A stretch of 64,000 nt of DNA from assembly GCA_949295765.1 (NCBI GenBank), contig CASFMM010000004.1, positions 19,252-83,251 on the forward strand, written 5' to 3'. Shown here one piece after another: positions 60,659 to 64,000 of this stretch. The position numbers were made by a program, and so were the translations under genes. How positions within the stretch are numbered: the first letter of the stretch is position 1; the number at the start of each line of letters is the position of its first letter. The notes below the pieces were generated by a model that saw nothing but the letters and a program-made list of their open reading frames with translations, searched no databases and was not told the DNA's origin. Origin of the DNA: an uncultured Methanomassiliicoccales archaeon. GTDB lineage: Archaea; Thermoplasmatota; Thermoplasmata; Methanomassiliicoccales; Methanomethylophilaceae.

Positions 60659-61542
60659 TGGAGACTGACGTACTGGTCATAGGCTCCGGACCCGCGGGCA
60701 TCCAGGCGGCGATCCACGCATCGAGGCGCAAGGTCTCGGTCACCGTCGCCGGGAGGCCGTCCGCCAGCGCGGCGGCGGGGACGGAGATGGACAACTACTT
60801 CGGCACCGGGCATGTGTCCGGCGACAGTCTCATAGCCGAGGGCATCCGCCAGGCGGAGTCGACCGGCGCGGTGTTCACCGGGCAGAACGTCATATCCTCG
60901 TCCAGGGACGGGGAGTCGTTCCGCTTCGTCCTGGAGGACGGCACCGAGGTGTCGGCGAAGGCCGTCGTCATCGCCACCGGAATCTCCAGGAGGAAGCTGG
61001 GGATCCCGGGGGAGAAGGAGCTGTTCGGGAAGGGTGTGAGCTACTGTGCCGTCTGCGACTGCAACTTCTACAAGGGCCGCAGGGCGGTCATAGTCGGGAA
61101 CGAGTCCGAGGCGGCGACGTCCGCGGAGATGATGACCGGCTACGCCTCCGAGACCTCGTGGGTCGCATGGGACGTGCAGGCCAGCCCCGTCCTCGTGGAG
61201 AAGGCGGAGTCCGCAGGCGTCAGGATGTACGGCTCGAAGCCCCGCTCCATCATCGGGGAGGCCAAGGTCGAGGCCCTGGAGCTGGAGGACGGCACGGTCA
61301 TCCGGACCGACGGCGTCTTCATCGAGCTGGGCGCAAAGTCTGCGGCGGACATAGCCATGGACCTGGACGTCATGCCGGAGATGGACGACACGATCAAGGT
61401 GGGCGTAGACTGCGCCACGGAGGTCCCGGGCGTGTTCGCCTGTGGCGATGTCACCGGCAAGCCGTGGCAGGTGGCCAAGGCCGTCGGCCAGGGCTGCGTG
61501 GCGGGAACCAACGCGGCCGCATTCGTGAAGGGAGAGAGATGA
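60658..61542 (+). CDS. trxB: Thioredoxin reductase-like FAD oxidoreductase
   Basis: VIGSGPAG, VIATG, GKGVSYCAVCD, T.VPGVFACGD.TG...QVA.A.G.G. Confidence 0.88.
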   Translation: METDVLVIGSGPAGIQAAIHASRRKVSVTVAGRPSASAAAGTEMDNYFGTGHVSGDSLIAEGIRQAESTGAVFTGQNVISSSRDGESFRFVLEDGTEVSAKAVVIATGISRRKLGIPGEKELFGKGVSYCAVCDCNFYKGRRAVIVGNESEAATSAEMMTGYASETSWVAWDVQASPVLVEKAESAGVRMYGSKPRSIIGEAKVEALELEDGTVIRTDGVFIELGAKSAADIAMDLDVMPEMDDTIKVGVDCATEVPGVFACGDVTGKPWQVAKAVGQGCVAGTNAAAFVKGER

Positions 61543-62051
61543 CAGTATCAGATCTGATAAACGGAATGCTCAGGGAGGACGGGGGGTTCCAGAAGGCCTT
61601 CCGCAGCATCCTCGACGACGAGCTCAACATGTCTCTGAACGAGTTCTGCCAGCTCTCTGGCATCTCCCAGAGCACCATGTACAAGATCCTCGAGGACAAG
61701 CGCGAACCGAACCTGCGCACGGTGCGCCAGGTGATCAAGAGCCTCAGGGTCCTCATGGAGCCCGAGGACTCCCACTTCATCGGCGTGATAGCGTTCACGA
61801 CCGTCCTGGAGAACCTGCCCAAGTCCATCGACATGGACGGGCTGACGGTGAACGTCAGGGAGTACCCCGTGTCCACCGTGGAGGACGCCATCATCGCGGC
61901 GGTCCGCGCCGAGCGCGACGGGGCCCTGGCCGTGGTGTGCGCCCCGATCGTGGCGCCGACCATCGAGAAGATCCTCTCGATCCCGGTGTCCCGCGTGATC
62001 CCCACCACCAGCGTCCTGCTGGCCATAGACAGGCTCAAGGACCTGGTCTGA
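61539..62051 (+). CDS. XRE-HTH transcriptional regulator (archaeal type)
   Basis: SGISQSTMYKIL...REPNLRTVRQ, IGVIA, V..AE.DGA.A.VCAPI. Confidence 0.8.
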   Translation: MTVSDLINGMLREDGGFQKAFRSILDDELNMSLNEFCQLSGISQSTMYKILEDKREPNLRTVRQVIKSLRVLMEPEDSHFIGVIAFTTVLENLPKSIDMDGLTVNVREYPVSTVEDAIIAAVRAERDGALAVVCAPIVAPTIEKILSIPVSRVIPTTSVLLAIDRLKDLV

Positions 62052-62136
62052 AACCGTTTCCCGATAACCTTCAGTTTAGCTACCTTAATAATAAGTTAAT
62101 ATACCAGCTTAACCGTGGTCACCCAAGGTCGGTAAC

Positions 62137-62586
62137 ATGTTCGAGCTGCAGGTCGTTAGCAACACGCCCATGACGGGTGTGGACGACGTCAACGTCGTCG
62201 CCGAGACCCTTCTGGTTCAGATAGGTTACCTGCCCAAGGGATACGACCCCAAGACCGGTGCGATCACCGTCAGGGACAGCGTCCCGTACCGTCTGTTCAT
62301 GGACCACCTCATGGCCCACCCCTCCAAGGCGTGGACCGTGGAGGAGCTCGCGGCCCTGCTGGGGACCACCAAGCCGACCATATACAGGCACATAAACAAG
62401 CTCAAGTCGATGGACCTCCTGGAGGCGATGGACGTGGAGTACGAGGGCCAGATCCGCAAGGGATACCGCATAAGGTTCGGGGACCTCGCCAAGGCCTGGA
62501 GCTTCACCGAGGCCAACGTCAACATGGCCATGGAGAACTACCGCAAGACGATAGTTCATTTCCAGGAGCTTACCCAGAAGAGGTGA
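62137..62586 (+). CDS. HTH (ArsR-like) domain protein
   Basis: WTVEELAALLGTTKPTIYRHINKLKSMDLLE. Confidence 0.75.
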   Translation: MFELQVVSNTPMTGVDDVNVVAETLLVQIGYLPKGYDPKTGAITVRDSVPYRLFMDHLMAHPSKAWTVEELAALLGTTKPTIYRHINKLKSMDLLEAMDVEYEGQIRKGYRIRFGDLAKAWSFTEANVNMAMENYRKTIVHFQELTQKR

Positions 62587-62590
62587 TTCT

Positions 62591-62845
62591 ACGGAGAACG
62601 AGTACACGGTCGCGCCCGGCGCGAGGTTCGCTGTTTCTTGGAGGTGCTCCCGCGACGAGTGCAGGGAGTTCGAGGGGGTTTACAAGGGGATTTCCGCCAT
62701 AGGGACGGACACCGCACTGGTGTTCGACGTGGACGGCACCCTGAGGTTCCTCTCCGCATCCTCCGTCGTCTGCATGGATCAGCTCGAGGCCGCACCCGAG
62801 AAGGCCGAGAAGAAGGCCGACGCCGGCAGCGTTTTCTATGGCTGA
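62591..62845 (+). CDS. Small hypothetical protein (~84 aa) with ACG at the expected start; absent from the ORF track
   Basis: After AGGTGATTCT: ACG GAG AAC GAG TAC... reads (M)ENEYTVAPGARFAVSW...FEGVYKGISAIGTDTALVFDVDG..RFL....V..MD..E...GSVFYG; the stop overlaps the elp3 start. Confidence 0.6.
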   Translation, partial: TENEYTVAPGARFAVSWRCSRDECREFEGVYKGISAIGTDTALVFDVDGTLRFLSASSVVCMDQLEAAPEKAEKKADAGSVFYG

Positions 62846-64000
62846 ACCGGACATCGTCGCGTTCTCGCGCGAGATCATCGACGCCGTGAAGAGCGGCAGG
62901 GTGAAGGACCGCGACCAACTGCAGAACCTGAAGCTGAAGCTCTGCAAGGCCTACGGTTTCGGTGACGTGCCGTCCAACTCGGACATCCTGGCCAACGTCA
63001 CGCCGGACGAGAGCAGGCTGCTCACGCCGTTTCTTGTAAAGAAACCGACCCGTACCATCAGCGGGGTCGCCGTCGTCGCCGTGATGACGTCTCCCCACGA
63101 CTGCCCCCACGGGCGCTGCTCGTTCTGCCCAGGAGGGGTCCAGAACGATTCGCCCCAGTCGTATACCGGCAAGGAGCCGGCCGCCAGGAGGGCGGGTAGG
63201 AACATGTTCGACCCGTGGATGCAGGTGACCGACAGGGTCACGCAGCTCACGGAGATCGGGCACAAGACCGACAAGATCGACCTCATCATCATGGGCGGGA
63301 CGTTCACCAGCCGCGACCCAGAGTACCAGGAGTGGTTCGTCCGCAGGTGCTTCGACGCCCTGAACGGTCAGGACTCCGGGACTCTGGAGGAGGCGCAGAG
63401 GCTCAACGAGACCTCCGCCCACAGGTGCGTGGGGCTCACCGTGGAGACCCGTCCGGATGTGTTCACGCCGGAGCAGATCGAGAGGGTGATGGGCTTCGGC
63501 GCTACCAGGGTGGAGCTGGGCGTGCAGATCCTGGACGACGAGGTCCTGGCGGGGGTGGACAGGGGCCACGGCACCGCCGAGGTCCGCAGGTGCACCAGGG
63601 ACTGCAAGGACCACGGCCTGAAGGTCTGCTACCACATCATGCCCGGCCTTCCGGGCTCGTCGCCGGAGAACGACCTCCGCTGCTTCAGGAAGGTGTTCGA
63701 CGATCCCGACTACAGGCCGGACATGCTGAAGTTCTACCCGGTGCTGGTGGTCGCAGGCACGAAGCTATACGACATGTGGGAGAGGGGGGAGTACCAGCCG
63801 TACCTGGAGGACACGGCCACGGAGCTGCTGGCACGGATGAAGCAGCTGGTCCCGGAGTACGTCAGGATCCAGCGCATCCAGAGGGACATCCCCGTCACGG
63901 AGATCTCCGCGGGCATCCGCAAGAGCAACATCCGCCAGCTGGTCGCCGATCACATGCGCGGGAACGGCATGAGGTGCAGGTGCATCCGCTGCAGGGAGGT
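62838..64000 (+). CDS. elp3: Elp3 tRNA uridine(34) acetyltransferase (radical SAM plus KAT), 3'-truncated
   Basis: KPTRTISGVAVVAVMTSP..CPHGRC.FCPGG, PQSYTG.EPA, IIMGGTF, GLTVETRPD, TRVELGVQ, H.MPGLPGS, K.YP.LV..GT.LY. Confidence 0.93.
   Translation, partial: MAEPDIVAFSREIIDAVKSGRVKDRDQLQNLKLKLCKAYGFGDVPSNSDILANVTPDESRLLTPFLVKKPTRTISGVAVVAVMTSPHDCPHGRCSFCPGGVQNDSPQSYTGKEPAARRAGRNMFDPWMQVTDRVTQLTEIGHKTDKIDLIIMGGTFTSRDPEYQEWFVRRCFDALNGQDSGTLEEAQRLNETSAHRCVGLTVETRPDVFTPEQIERVMGFGATRVELGVQILDDEVLAGVDRGHGTAEVRRCTRDCKDHGLKVCYHIMPGLPGSSPENDLRCFRKVFDDPDYRPDMLKFYPVLVVAGTKLYDMWERGEYQPYLEDTATELLARMKQLVPEYVRIQRIQRDIPVTEISAGIRKSNIRQLVADHMRGNGMRCRCIRCRE

Overview
Archaeal chromosomal window, most consistent with a GC-rich Methanomassiliicoccales (Methanomethylophilaceae-like) methanogen: archaeal L18e/L13/S9/RpoN, aTrm56, Elp3, an MtaA-type methyltransferase, two HdrD/GlcF-like CCG proteins and bacterial-type gyrase gyrBA. 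It opens inside a giant (>2890 aa) Ig/MBG-repeat surface protein and ends inside elp3. It contains five tRNA genes and an unusually dense set of DNA-repair genes: two Lhr helicases, Ogg1-like, two EndoIV-like, RarA, and a four-gene DUF1848/radical-SAM/MutM/Nth-like operon. Accessory toxin-antitoxin-like modules are interleaved with core genes: two CtkA/HipA-like kinases each preceded by a shared, apparently unnamed helical domain, an AbiEi/AbiEii pair, and an HTH plus DUF6036-like nucleotidyltransferase pair. Non-coding highlights are a 37-bp alternating purine-pyrimidine tract running into the gyrBA TATA box and perfect inverted repeats upstream of two TA operons. Several genes carry lesions (a deletion-frameshift in the long Lhr, a frameshift in one kinase, an internal TAA, two ACG codons at expected ATG positions, a 15-bp duplication in rpl18e), which may be biological or assembly errors. 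Family assignments come from motif recognition only; no searches were run.
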